DNA from: Candidatus Woesebacteria bacterium | GTDB taxonomy: Bacteria; Patescibacteriota; Microgenomatia; UBA1400; UBA1396 | Reading direction: 5' to 3' | Length of the DNA stretch: 64,000 nucleotides | Assembly (NCBI GenBank): GCA_963749595.1 | Contig: CAVVNJ010000002.1 | Coordinates: forward strand, 96,606 to 160,605 | In this document: positions 27,965 to 37,130 of the stretch, piece after piece | Position numbering within the stretch: the first letter of the stretch is position 1 | Layout: every line of letters starts with the position of its first letter | Made by a program: the position numbers and the translations under genes | Notes under the pieces: generated by a model | Databases searched by the model: none | What the model saw: only the letters and a program-made list of their open reading frames with translations | Told to the model about the DNA's origin: nothing

Positions 27965-30343
27965 ATGAACCTGTTGCCAAAATCAGCCGCACGATTATTA
28001 CTGGGTGGGTTTCTCTCCGGCTTGATTTTCTTTTCTTTCTCTGGCAAGGCGCTAGCGGCCCGCACCATCAATTCCGCTACTTTGAATGGTAGTAGCAGCG
28101 TCACTGTGGCGCCCTCTAGCTCAATCACCGCCGGAGTCACCGTGACCACCAGCGGTGGCGGACCAGCCAATGACTGGAACTCAACGTCCTACCAGATCAG
28201 CGGACAGGGTACAAACTGTGTCAACCACGCCGATTACACCAACAGCGGCACTTTCAGCGAAAGTTTTGGCGTCACCGCGCCAGCCACTCCCGGCACTTAT
28301 AATGTCAGTTTTATTGCCTATCAGGATAACAGCTGCGCCACCAGTCCCAGCAATACGGTCACACTGACTGGTGGAATCGTGGTCTCCAGCCCCCCGACCC
28401 CAACGCCAACGCCAGCTCCTACGCCCACTCCCACGGTGGCTCCAACTCCGACACCTACTCCAGCTCCTACGCCGACGCCTACCGGGCCAACTCCCACTCC
28501 CACTGGACCACCCGGCCCCACACCGACGCCGACGGGTGGAACTACTCCCACTCCGGCACCCGGGGAGACAACACCAATACCCTCTCCTGGTGTTTCTGAG
28601 GGGGGCGCACCGGCGGTAGTTCATTCTCCAACCGTGAGTTTAGACTCGTATTCCCCGGATCCGACTAATCGCACTCGACTGGATTTCACCGGCAGCGCTT
28701 CTATTGAACAAGGCGGTATCGCGGCCGTGGAGTACTCTCTTACTCAAGGAGCGGAATGGTTTCCGGTGACTCCCGCCGATGGCCGATTCGACAGCCTGTC
28801 CGAATCATTTTCTTTCAGCACACCAACTTTGGCTGAAGGAACTTACAATGTTACCGTCCGCGCGCACAGCGCCGCCGGCATTACCACGCCAACCGATTCT
28901 TATGCCACCGACACAGTTACGATCATTACCACGCCACCGGCAGTCAACCTGGATTTAATTCAACCCAATCCCACCAAAAATACCCGGCCGACACTAACCG
29001 GAACAGCAACCTCCCGTTTGGGAATCATTATGAGAATTGAGATTAGTGTTGATGGGGGTCAAACTTTTCTGCCTGCCCGGAGATCGGGAAGTCGTTTCTC
29101 CCTGACGCTAGAAGAACTAGAAGACGGAAATTATGAAATCTTTGCCCGCGCCTTGGATAACGCCGGCAATATTGGCCGTTCGGAGCGCCAAACCCTGATC
29201 GTTGATACAATCCCACCGATTATTGGCGGCGGCATCCAAACCTTAGGCCCGCAAATCCTGACTCCCAATCCTGGAGGAAAAATTACCGTGGTCGCCGGAG
29301 CTAAAACCACCTTGGCCGTCAGCGGCAAGGGCGGTATCACTGAAGCCGTAGTCAAAGTGGCCGACTCCACTTTTCCACTGCAGCGCTTGCCCAACACCAA
29401 TCTCTGGAAAGGAAATATCGAATTTGCGTCAGAGGGGGAGTATCCGCTACTGATCGAAGCGATTGATGGCGCCAATAATCAAGTTAGCCGAATCCTGAAC
29501 ACCGTGGTTAGCGAACGGTTTGGTCGGGTCGTAAATCGTGCCGATCAGCAGCCAATACCTGGTGCCACCGTGACTATTTTTACTTGGGAGAACGCCACTC
29601 AACAATGGCTGCCTTGGGAAGCCGCTTCTTTTGGCCAGGTAAACCCGCAACTCACGACTAATCAGGGAAACTATAGCTTCATGCTCCCCCCGGGAAAATA
29701 TTACCTTGAAGCCAAAGTTTCCGGATTTCGCACCCTCCAGAGTGAGTATTTTACTTTCTCCGAAACCACTATCGTTAATCCTGACTTGGAACTGACACCG
29801 CTACCAACCATTAACTGGACGCTACCTTTCCTTGGAGACATTCGCCTTAGTTGGCCGCCGTTCTCTCCGCCGAATTCTTTTACTCTACCAATCCGAACTC
29901 TAACCGCGACCGAAAGCGCTGATCTCCACCAGCCCAATCCAGCTGATTTGGCCAATACAACTTGGCTTGACTTGACCGGGAAAAAAGTTGCCTTTAATCA
30001 GCTGCGCGGGAAAAAAACCATCCTCACTTTCTTGGCTTTCTGGTCCACGCCCTCCCAGGAACAAGCTGCTCAGTTAAATCTGATCTCTGACGAACTAAAC
30101 GCGGATCAGGCCATCAGTGGTATCGCGCTCCAGGAGGAGATCGCTACTACTCGCGCCTTCTTGAAACGAGGTAGCTATGACTTCCCGGTCTTAGTTGACC
30201 CCAATGGATTGAGCGCCGGAATATTCCAGGTTACGCTCCTCCCTTATCACGTGTTTATTGACTCTAACGGAAAAATCGTGGGCAACTATGCTGGTGTTTT
30301 GAACAAAAATGAATTGCTGCAAAGGCTGAATAACCTGCCATAA
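27965..30343 (+). CDS. large surface protein: signal/anchor, Ig-like domains, (P/T)-rich linker, CarboxypepD_reg-like domain, C-terminal Cys-less TlpA/thioredoxin-like domain
   Basis: 792 aa from ATG 27965. The PT linker is encoded at about 28390-28560. GATVTIF...GNYSF..PPGKYYLEA is carboxypeptidase-regulatory-like. The C-terminus KKTILTFLAFWSTPS...LLPYHVFIDSNGKIV is redoxin-like, with WSTPS where WCxPC is expected. Confidence 0.75.
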   Translation: MNLLPKSAARLLLGGFLSGLIFFSFSGKALAARTINSATLNGSSSVTVAPSSSITAGVTVTTSGGGPANDWNSTSYQISGQGTNCVNHADYTNSGTFSESFGVTAPATPGTYNVSFIAYQDNSCATSPSNTVTLTGGIVVSSPPTPTPTPAPTPTPTVAPTPTPTPAPTPTPTGPTPTPTGPPGPTPTPTGGTTPTPAPGETTPIPSPGVSEGGAPAVVHSPTVSLDSYSPDPTNRTRLDFTGSASIEQGGIAAVEYSLTQGAEWFPVTPADGRFDSLSESFSFSTPTLAEGTYNVTVRAHSAAGITTPTDSYATDTVTIITTPPAVNLDLIQPNPTKNTRPTLTGTATSRLGIIMRIEISVDGGQTFLPARRSGSRFSLTLEELEDGNYEIFARALDNAGNIGRSERQTLIVDTIPPIIGGGIQTLGPQILTPNPGGKITVVAGAKTTLAVSGKGGITEAVVKVADSTFPLQRLPNTNLWKGNIEFASEGEYPLLIEAIDGANNQVSRILNTVVSERFGRVVNRADQQPIPGATVTIFTWENATQQWLPWEAASFGQVNPQLTTNQGNYSFMLPPGKYYLEAKVSGFRTLQSEYFTFSETTIVNPDLELTPLPTINWTLPFLGDIRLSWPPFSPPNSFTLPIRTLTATESADLHQPNPADLANTTWLDLTGKKVAFNQLRGKKTILTFLAFWSTPSQEQAAQLNLISDELNADQAISGIALQEEIATTRAFLKRGSYDFPVLVDPNGLSAGIFQVTLLPYHVFIDSNGKIVGNYAGVLNKNELLQRLNNLP

Positions 30344-30359
30344 TGATCAATAGGAGACC

Positions 30360-31925
30360 ATGCTGCTAACTCTGCTTTTTACCAATACTGCTTTCTTCGC
30401 TCTCACGGTTTTCAGTGCGTTTGTGTTTTTAGCCGGCGGGTTACTATTTTTTGATTCCTGGTTGGTTGATCGGTCAAAAGCAAACCTACTCATTCGGGGA
30501 ATTGGTTTCTGGTTATTAGCCGGTGCCACCGCCTCGCTGGTGTCGGCCGAATACTTAGCCATTTCCTTCCCGATTATCCAGATCGCAAAAGTCGCTGGTT
30601 TAGGAATGGTCTTGCTTAGCCTAACTGCCGAACCAATCTTACATGCCCCCAAGAAAAATCAGGCTCCACTCATCATTCCGTTGTGGGCTTGGTCACTAAC
30701 CCCGGTGATTACCGCCCTCTATCTAATCGTGGCGGCGGCCTTTTTCCGTAAGAGCACCGAAGGAAAGGAGAAACAAATTCAACCGGCCGCCATCGGTTTT
30801 CTTTTTCTCGGCTTGGCGGAAGCCCTGAGCATCCGCGGATTTTGGGCTGAGACAACGGTAATTTTTTGGTCCAAATTGCTGGCTGAGTTTGGACCAATTT
30901 GGATGGCACAGCAATTTTTGCAGTTGATTGGCGTCGGCATCTTAGCAATATGGATCTGGGGTTACGTTCGCTTCCGCCTAAAACTTCAACTTTTTGTCAT
31001 GACTATCGCCCTGACCCTGATAATTTTCTTGTCAACCACGGTGTTATTCACTTTTCTTTTGCTCCGTAACTTGGAAGCCGACGCGCTCGACCATTTGAAA
31101 ACGGATACGGCCGTATTGCAGTATGCCCTCCAAAGCCTGCAAGAACGAACCTTGGCCCAAGCGCAGTCGATTGCCCAAGACAGTGAAATGAAAGCAGCCT
31201 TTATCACCCAAGACCGTAGCAAGCTCTCCTCGCTGGCAATCGACATCCTCGCCGTCCACCAAACCAGCACCCTGGCTCTGGCCTCAACTTCCGGTACAGT
31301 GGTCGCTCGAGCTGAGGATAGCGAACGAACTAATGACAACATTTCGACTAATCCCATTTTTGTCGCCGCGGCTGCTGGTCAGGAAAAATCCGGCGTGACT
31401 TATCAGGAGGGCGTAACCCAACCCGAAATCACCGTTCAGGCCGCTGTTCCAATTCGTTCTGGCAACCGCGCCTCCGGAGAAATCATCGGTGTCGTCCTCA
31501 CCGGTTTTACGATTGATAGTGCTTTTGTTGATGGAGTTAAAACGGTGACTGGTTTGGACACCACTGTTTTCGGTCAGGACAAGCGGGCGGCGACTACCCT
31601 GGTCGCTCCAGACGGAAAATCGCGCTTTGTCGGTACTATCGAAACCAATCAGACGATAAAAGAAAAAGTGCTTGCCAATGGCGAAACCTATATCGGCAGC
31701 GCTAATGTTTTAAACCGTCCTTTTTATACTGCTTACGCCCCACTTAAGACCGCCGACAATCAAGTTGTGGGGATGCTATTTGTGGGCAAGCCCCAAAACA
31801 CGCTCACGGCCGCTGCCCGCCGCTCAATCGATTTAACTTTCCTGGGGAGCCTGGTACTGATGGCCATTTCTCTGATGCCGAGTTTTTTCTTTGCCCGCTT
31901 CCTGCAAGAACAGTTAGAGGCTTAG
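30360..31925 (+). CDS. polytopic membrane protein with extracytoplasmic Cache-like sensor domain and no output domain
   Basis: 521 aa. About 7 N-terminal TM segments are followed by ~270 aa resembling double-Cache sensors, a final TM, and the end of the protein 10 aa later. Confidence 0.6.
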   Translation: MLLTLLFTNTAFFALTVFSAFVFLAGGLLFFDSWLVDRSKANLLIRGIGFWLLAGATASLVSAEYLAISFPIIQIAKVAGLGMVLLSLTAEPILHAPKKNQAPLIIPLWAWSLTPVITALYLIVAAAFFRKSTEGKEKQIQPAAIGFLFLGLAEALSIRGFWAETTVIFWSKLLAEFGPIWMAQQFLQLIGVGILAIWIWGYVRFRLKLQLFVMTIALTLIIFLSTTVLFTFLLLRNLEADALDHLKTDTAVLQYALQSLQERTLAQAQSIAQDSEMKAAFITQDRSKLSSLAIDILAVHQTSTLALASTSGTVVARAEDSERTNDNISTNPIFVAAAAGQEKSGVTYQEGVTQPEITVQAAVPIRSGNRASGEIIGVVLTGFTIDSAFVDGVKTVTGLDTTVFGQDKRAATTLVAPDGKSRFVGTIETNQTIKEKVLANGETYIGSANVLNRPFYTAYAPLKTADNQVVGMLFVGKPQNTLTAAARRSIDLTFLGSLVLMAISLMPSFFFARFLQEQLEA

Positions 31926-32335
31926 GATTGAATCGTTGATTTGACCTGCGGGACTTCGCGAACGTAACCGGCCAAAACTTCCTTGACTTTCTCGACCACT
32001 ACTGAGGGTCGGTTCCCGGCCTTAACAATGTAGGCCACGGCCCCCAATTCCAAACCACGATCGGTGTCCTCTTGAGAGGAGCCAAGGTTGGTCAATAAGA
32101 TCACTGGAATTTTATTGGTCACCGAATTTTTTTTGAGCTCAGTCAAAACTTCTAAACCATTTATTTTGGGCATCATGATGTCAAGCAGCACCACATCTGG
32201 TAGAAATTCGGTCACTTTTTTGAGCGCATCAACGCCATCTGAGGAAGTGGCCACGGTAAAACCGTCGTTTTGAAACTTGGTTTGATACATCCGAACTAAA
32301 AGTGGATCGTCGTCGACTAATAATATTTTGGCCAT
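31922..32335 (-). CDS. stand-alone receiver-domain response regulator (CheY-like)
   Basis: MAKILLVDDD...DVVLLDIMMP...K motif set in 137 aa with no DNA-binding domain. Confidence 0.88.
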   Translation of the reverse strand: MAKILLVDDDPLLVRMYQTKFQNDGFTVATSSDGVDALKKVTEFLPDVVLLDIMMPKINGLEVLTELKKNSVTNKIPVILLTNLGSSQEDTDRGLELGAVAYIVKAGNRPSVVVEKVKEVLAGYVREVPQVKSTIQS

Positions 32336-32375
32336 AGTTTGAGTCTAGCAAGGAAAAGAAAAAAATCCACCTGAC

Positions 32376-34625
32376 TTAAGGTAAAACTGGTTTTTCACCA
32401 GCTTCTTTCACCAACTCGGCTTTGACTAAAGCGGCGGAGGCGGTGCCAGACATGGGCAGGGAAAAGATAAAAGTACTGCCCCGTCCGGGTTCGGAACTAG
32501 CCAGCCAAATGTTGCCACCCATTTTTTGGGCAATTCCCAAAGACACATAAAGACCCAAACCCGTACCAGGCGGCCTTTCCTTGACCGAATAAATTTGCTC
32601 AAATTTGCCGAATAATTTCGCTTGGTCCGGCTTGGCAATACCAACCCCGGTGTCGGCTATGGCGATCTCAACCAAATCATGAACGGGGGTTATGGTTATG
32701 CTTACTCCACCTTGGTCGGTAAATTTCAGGGCATTGCCGATTAGATTATTCAGTACTTGGTCGAATTTATCTTCGTCAGCCTGCGCATCAATCTCCAGCA
32801 CACTGGCCAGGGTCAAGGAGAGATGTTTTTCCACTGCCAGCGGTTGCAGCATATCGACAATCTTCTGAAGCTTTTGGGACAGTGAAAAATCGCTAAGATT
32901 ATATTTGAGCTTACCAGCCTCTAATCGAGATAAGCTGAGCATATCGTTAACCAAATGAATCAATCTTTCGCTGGATTCGTTGATATCCTTCAGTGGTTCC
33001 GTTAAATTCGGACTGATTTGGCCATATTCTCCCTCCAGCAGCATCGAAATAATTCCGTCGATGGCCGTTAGTGGTGTGCGCAGCTCATGGGATGCTACCG
33101 CCACAAACTCATCCTTCAGCCTCTCGGCCTCTTTCAATTTAGTCACGTTCCGAATCACCACTACAGCGCCGACCACTTGCCGGTCGGTACTGGAAACCGG
33201 CACGGCGTTGATGGCCACCGGAATTTTTCCACCATCCACCCGTTCGAGGAAATAGTGATTTTCCACCGAAATTTGCTGGCCAGCCAAAGCGTGAGCCACA
33301 ATGGTTTCTTCAGCCGATTGGTCCTGATCCAGCCGCAGCTTCAGTATCTCTTTGTACGGCCGTCCCAAGGCATCACGTTGGCTGACGCCGGTGAGCGCCG
33401 CGCTAGCTACGTTAAACAAAATTATTTTTCCTTGCTGATCCACCGCCATAACACCATCACCAATGCTCTGCACGATTGCCTCCGTCTGCCGCTTCTCCAC
33501 CAGATTTTGCCAATTTTGAATGGTCAACATTCTTTCCAGCAAAACTTGCCGGGTGATATCTTCTTCCGTAGCGATAAAGCCGATAACTTCACCCGCTTTG
33601 TTTTTGAAAGGAGAGATATGCCCGATGACGTAATATAATTCGCCGTTTTTCTTCCGGTTGGTTAATTGTCCGGAAAAGGCCTCTCCGCCCTTCAGCTTAG
33701 TCCATAAGTCGCGATAAAACTGTGAGACCATCAGCGCCCCCCACAACCGAGGCGTATTACCAATCATTTCTTCCTTGGTGTAAGCCGTCATAGCTTGGGC
33801 CGCTTGATTAACAAACAGAATTTCACCATTCATATTGGTAATCACAATATGCTGCGTAGATTGCTCCATCACCATCAAGCCGACGTTGGTTTCACCAGAA
33901 GTAAAGGCATCCAGCTCTTGTTTATTTAGACTGCTGGCTTGGGAAGGGTAGACGTGGTTAAAGGCCATTTGCTCGTCTTTTACCCCATGCAGGCGGAGTG
34001 CTGACACCACTTCCTCAACCATGGCCGGTTGGCCGGAGATAAAAAAGGTGGTATCAGCAGGTGTGTCACCCAATAAACTTTTTTCCCAGTCAAAATTACC
34101 AATCAAGCGAACAACCGACCGATTAGGTTCGGCGGCAATCGCGGCCAATTTTTCGCCATAAATTGCCCGCTTTTCCGAAGAGTTCAGATGAATTATCGTA
34201 ACGGGCTGATCGGGAGGAAAAAATCCAGGTGTCTGTAACATGCTGAGAAAAGGGGCTATTCCCGTCCCACCAGCAATCAACGCAATCTTTGGCCGAACCG
34301 CTCTTTCCAGGGAGAGAGAAGAACCAAAAGGACCAATAATCTGCACAGTGGTTTGGAGCGTCAGAGCCATTAGGGATTTTTTATATCCTGATTCGCCGCC
34401 TTTAAAAATCAAAGAGATTTTACTAGGATCGGTGGCCGGAGACGCAATGGAAAACGCCCGGCGACTACCCTTGGGATCATAAAATTGCATCTGCGGCAAA
34501 ACTAACCAAAGGTACTGACCAGGGTTAAACTGAAAATCGGCCGCCAAGACCTGAAAGACGAATTCGTATTTGTCCTCCGCCAGCGTTTTTTTCTCCAGCA
34601 AAATAGCCGCGAAATTATGGTTCAT
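32376..34625 (-). CDS. cytoplasmic hybrid sensor: FNR-like FAD/NAD(P)-binding domain + 2 PAS + HisKA + HATPase_c histidine kinase
   Basis: RAFSIAS (RxYS-type flavin motif) and GGTGIAP (NAD(P) motif) sit at the N-terminus. They are followed by PAS regions, the H-box ASHELRTPL and the N/G boxes (NLIGNALKFT, DTGVGI, GTGLGL). I place the start at MNHNFAAILL (34625). Confidence 0.85.
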   Translation of the reverse strand: MNHNFAAILLEKKTLAEDKYEFVFQVLAADFQFNPGQYLWLVLPQMQFYDPKGSRRAFSIASPATDPSKISLIFKGGESGYKKSLMALTLQTTVQIIGPFGSSLSLERAVRPKIALIAGGTGIAPFLSMLQTPGFFPPDQPVTIIHLNSSEKRAIYGEKLAAIAAEPNRSVVRLIGNFDWEKSLLGDTPADTTFFISGQPAMVEEVVSALRLHGVKDEQMAFNHVYPSQASSLNKQELDAFTSGETNVGLMVMEQSTQHIVITNMNGEILFVNQAAQAMTAYTKEEMIGNTPRLWGALMVSQFYRDLWTKLKGGEAFSGQLTNRKKNGELYYVIGHISPFKNKAGEVIGFIATEEDITRQVLLERMLTIQNWQNLVEKRQTEAIVQSIGDGVMAVDQQGKIILFNVASAALTGVSQRDALGRPYKEILKLRLDQDQSAEETIVAHALAGQQISVENHYFLERVDGGKIPVAINAVPVSSTDRQVVGAVVVIRNVTKLKEAERLKDEFVAVASHELRTPLTAIDGIISMLLEGEYGQISPNLTEPLKDINESSERLIHLVNDMLSLSRLEAGKLKYNLSDFSLSQKLQKIVDMLQPLAVEKHLSLTLASVLEIDAQADEDKFDQVLNNLIGNALKFTDQGGVSITITPVHDLVEIAIADTGVGIAKPDQAKLFGKFEQIYSVKERPPGTGLGLYVSLGIAQKMGGNIWLASSEPGRGSTFIFSLPMSGTASAALVKAELVKEAGEKPVLP

Positions 34626-34630
34626 GAGGT

Positions 34631-35731
34631 CTAGTGTAGCAATCTCGTCGAAGATAGTCCTCGACCAATCAACCACCAGAGAGGCAGAAGCAAACTAATG
34701 CTCAATGGATTAAACAGACCAACCGTCAAAATACCGAGCAAGGACAACAAAAAGATTTTTTCTTTATGCCGAATCAAGCCGCGAATCGCCAAAAATAAAA
34801 TCGAACTGAAAAAAGTTAATCCGACCAACCCGCCTTGCACCCACCAATCCAAAAATAGATTGTGGCTACTGTCTACGTACTGGTAACGCAATGAGGTGCC
34901 AATATTCCGCGCCGCCGATCGTAAACCGATTTCCACGTTGCCAAAACCCCAACCCAAAATCGGTCGCTCCAATCCGGCTTGCCAGGCAGTGCGCCAGACA
35001 GCGGGCCGGAAATCAAAGGCTTGGGGTAGTTGGAAAAATGGCAGAGTTAAGCTCAGGAGGAGAAATAGAAGGCCAAACAAAGTTGCCCGCCGCAATCCAA
35101 GTTTCGGTTCCAGTCCAAAAATTATCCCCTGAACCAGTCCACCGATTAAAGCCGAACGCGATCCGGAAAGAAAGACAATCAGAACGGTGACAACCAAAAG
35201 GAAAAAGGACCAGATCTTTTTGCGGGCGGTTGGGACCCAGCCGGTTAAGGACAGAGGCCACAGAAATAGCGCATAACCTCCCAAGGAGTTGGGTTCTCCG
35301 ACGGTCCCAACCGCCCGCCCGGAAAGATCGGTTTGACCAAAAATCGCCATGATTAACGTCCCTACCAAAGCCAGGATCGAAAGTCGATTAAGAAAACGCC
35401 GCGGAACCTTCGAATCAAGGAGTGTCACGCCTAAAAGTGCCCAGAACGTTAGAACTCCCTGGAGCCGAAAGGGATTGCCAAAAAAAGCAGTGGCTGAGGG
35501 AAATAAAACCAAGCTAAGCGCTGATAGTAGCCAGATACTAACCAAAATCGCCCTAACCAATGGAGGCCAGGGGATTTTTACTCGTTGGCGGGACCAAAAA
35601 TTTGCGGACAGTAGTCCGCCGATTGCCAGCCAAGCCAGCACTACTTTTGGGATTTCATACCACGAGGTACCAAAGGGAAGAACCACGAGACCAAGGCCGA
35701 TCAATAATATGGGCAGTATTTTTTCCGTCAC
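34631..35731 (-). CDS. O-antigen ligase/Wzy_C-family polytopic membrane protein
   Basis: About 10 TM segments with the loop motif SSHNLFLDWWVQGGLVG typical of Wzy_C/WaaL/PglL-type proteins. Confidence 0.72.
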   Translation of the reverse strand: MTEKILPILLIGLGLVVLPFGTSWYEIPKVVLAWLAIGGLLSANFWSRQRVKIPWPPLVRAILVSIWLLSALSLVLFPSATAFFGNPFRLQGVLTFWALLGVTLLDSKVPRRFLNRLSILALVGTLIMAIFGQTDLSGRAVGTVGEPNSLGGYALFLWPLSLTGWVPTARKKIWSFFLLVVTVLIVFLSGSRSALIGGLVQGIIFGLEPKLGLRRATLFGLLFLLLSLTLPFFQLPQAFDFRPAVWRTAWQAGLERPILGWGFGNVEIGLRSAARNIGTSLRYQYVDSSHNLFLDWWVQGGLVGLTFFSSILFLAIRGLIRHKEKIFLLSLLGILTVGLFNPLSISLLLPLWWLIGRGLSSTRLLH

Positions 35732-35779
35732 CAGGAAAAGCGTAACAGAAAGCGCTCAACCAGCCAAGGAAGATCGAAA

Positions 35780-36109
35780 TTAGCGGTTGGACCGGTACCA
35801 GCGGAGCAAGACTTTTTGCCAGCGCTCGGGCAACTGATTAAAATTAAAGCTGAGCTTCGGCTGGGAAACTGATACCGTTACCGGGCTGACTGTCGGACGA
35901 GGGGTCGGACGAGGGGTGGCGGTAGGCCGGGGCTTGGGGGTCGGTTTGGGGGACGGTTTAGGGGTCGGACGAGGTGAAACCGAGGGGGTAATTGGCCGAG
36001 TGATTGGTCCACCGGCGAAGGCCACCATAGGGAGCTGAGTCAGCTCAAAAAAGATAACGGCCAGGATGACTAAGCCGCTGATTAGAACAGAAAGTTGATT
36101 TTTCTTCAT
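35780..36109 (-). CDS. small secreted Pro/Thr/Ser-rich protein
   Basis: Signal anchor followed by TPSVSPRPTPKPSPKPTPKPRPTATPRPTPRPTVSP. Confidence 0.55.
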   Translation of the reverse strand: MKKNQLSVLISGLVILAVIFFELTQLPMVAFAGGPITRPITPSVSPRPTPKPSPKPTPKPRPTATPRPTPRPTVSPVTVSVSQPKLSFNFNQLPERWQKVLLRWYRSNR

Positions 36110-36120
36110 AGCGAAAAAGG

Positions 36121-36149
36121 ATTGTAGACCTATAATGGCAGAATGTCAA
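36121..36149 (-). promoter_or_regulatory. consensus sigma70-type promoter for 35780..36109
   Basis: On the minus strand: TTGACA, 17 nt, TACAAT. Confidence 0.6.
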
Positions 36150-36219
36150 CCAGATTCGGATAAATATAAGACCTAGCTTAGGCTAACAGAGGGGATCACT
36201 AACTGCAACTGGGCCATTT

Positions 36220-37113
36220 GTGCCGGCGCATCCAAACCATGGTAGGCTGGACAGTATGAGAGAGAATCGTTGGTTGAATTTTTTCCGCCGCTCCGAACCA
36301 GTCAAAACTAGTACTTCCGAGAAAGAAAAAAGCCAAGAATCGCAACGCCTTTGCGTCGTTGAAACTTTACTCTCCATGGCTAATCGGCTTGCCGACATTA
36401 ATTGGCAGCAGGAACCATATTCCGCGATTAAACAAGAGGCCATCGCCCGCCGAGAAAAGGCCGTGGCGGCACTGAAAACGGAAATCCAGAACCAGGCCCA
36501 GCGTGAAAGCGCCCGACTTTTCCAACAACTTTACCCCGGACTTGAGCTGAAACTGCGGACCGAAGCTGACCAAGACGGCACTTTACATGGCACCGGCATT
36601 CATTACAAATCCCAAGCCGCCCAGTTGGCTAAACGAGTGATCGCTGAACAATTCGAGCAGCGGTTTAATGTTGGTGACCGACGTAACATTCGCGAGCAGG
36701 CCGAATGGTTTTGGGCCGCCTTGGCCCAAGCCACGGGTTTGGATCTAAACGCTAAATTCGTTCGTTTTGATCCCTATCACCCGGCCCAACCAGATGAGTT
36801 GGAAGCCATTTTCCACCAACCAAACCAAGAAGCAGGTGTACTCCTGCAGATCGGCATGAGCGGAATTTCAACCGACATAAAAGGCGGAAACGTCGTGAAT
36901 TTATCCGATAACCACATGTCGCACGTGGTGGCCGCCGGTCCCGATGAGTGGCAAATAATTAGCGAAGGGGCGCTACACGGGCCAGGAAAAAGTCGTCAGC
37001 TTTCCCGAAGCAGGTTGAGGTTGTTCATCGGTGAGCTCGCTGTTGGAACGGGAATTTTTACCGCCAGCGACCAAGACGAACCCTGGAACTTGATGCTGGT
37101 CACAAAAACATAA
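36220..37113 (+). CDS. hypothetical protein
   Basis: 297-aa ORF with no recognisable motif. The start is uncertain (GTG 36220 or ATG 36256). Confidence 0.5.
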   Translation: MPAHPNHGRLDSMRENRWLNFFRRSEPVKTSTSEKEKSQESQRLCVVETLLSMANRLADINWQQEPYSAIKQEAIARREKAVAALKTEIQNQAQRESARLFQQLYPGLELKLRTEADQDGTLHGTGIHYKSQAAQLAKRVIAEQFEQRFNVGDRRNIREQAEWFWAALAQATGLDLNAKFVRFDPYHPAQPDELEAIFHQPNQEAGVLLQIGMSGISTDIKGGNVVNLSDNHMSHVVAAGPDEWQIISEGALHGPGKSRQLSRSRLRLFIGELAVGTGIFTASDQDEPWNLMLVTKT

Positions 37114-37130
37114 CGGCTATAATCCTCTCC

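Noticed and set aside
28181-28624. Antisense and alternative-frame ORFs across the Pro/Thr linker of the surface protein; likewise 54623..55124 across the (TP)n stalk
   Set aside because: Low-complexity CCN/ACN repeats are open in several frames, giving poly-GV and poly-RRSW products. Only the sense PT/TP frame is embedded in a long coherent protein.
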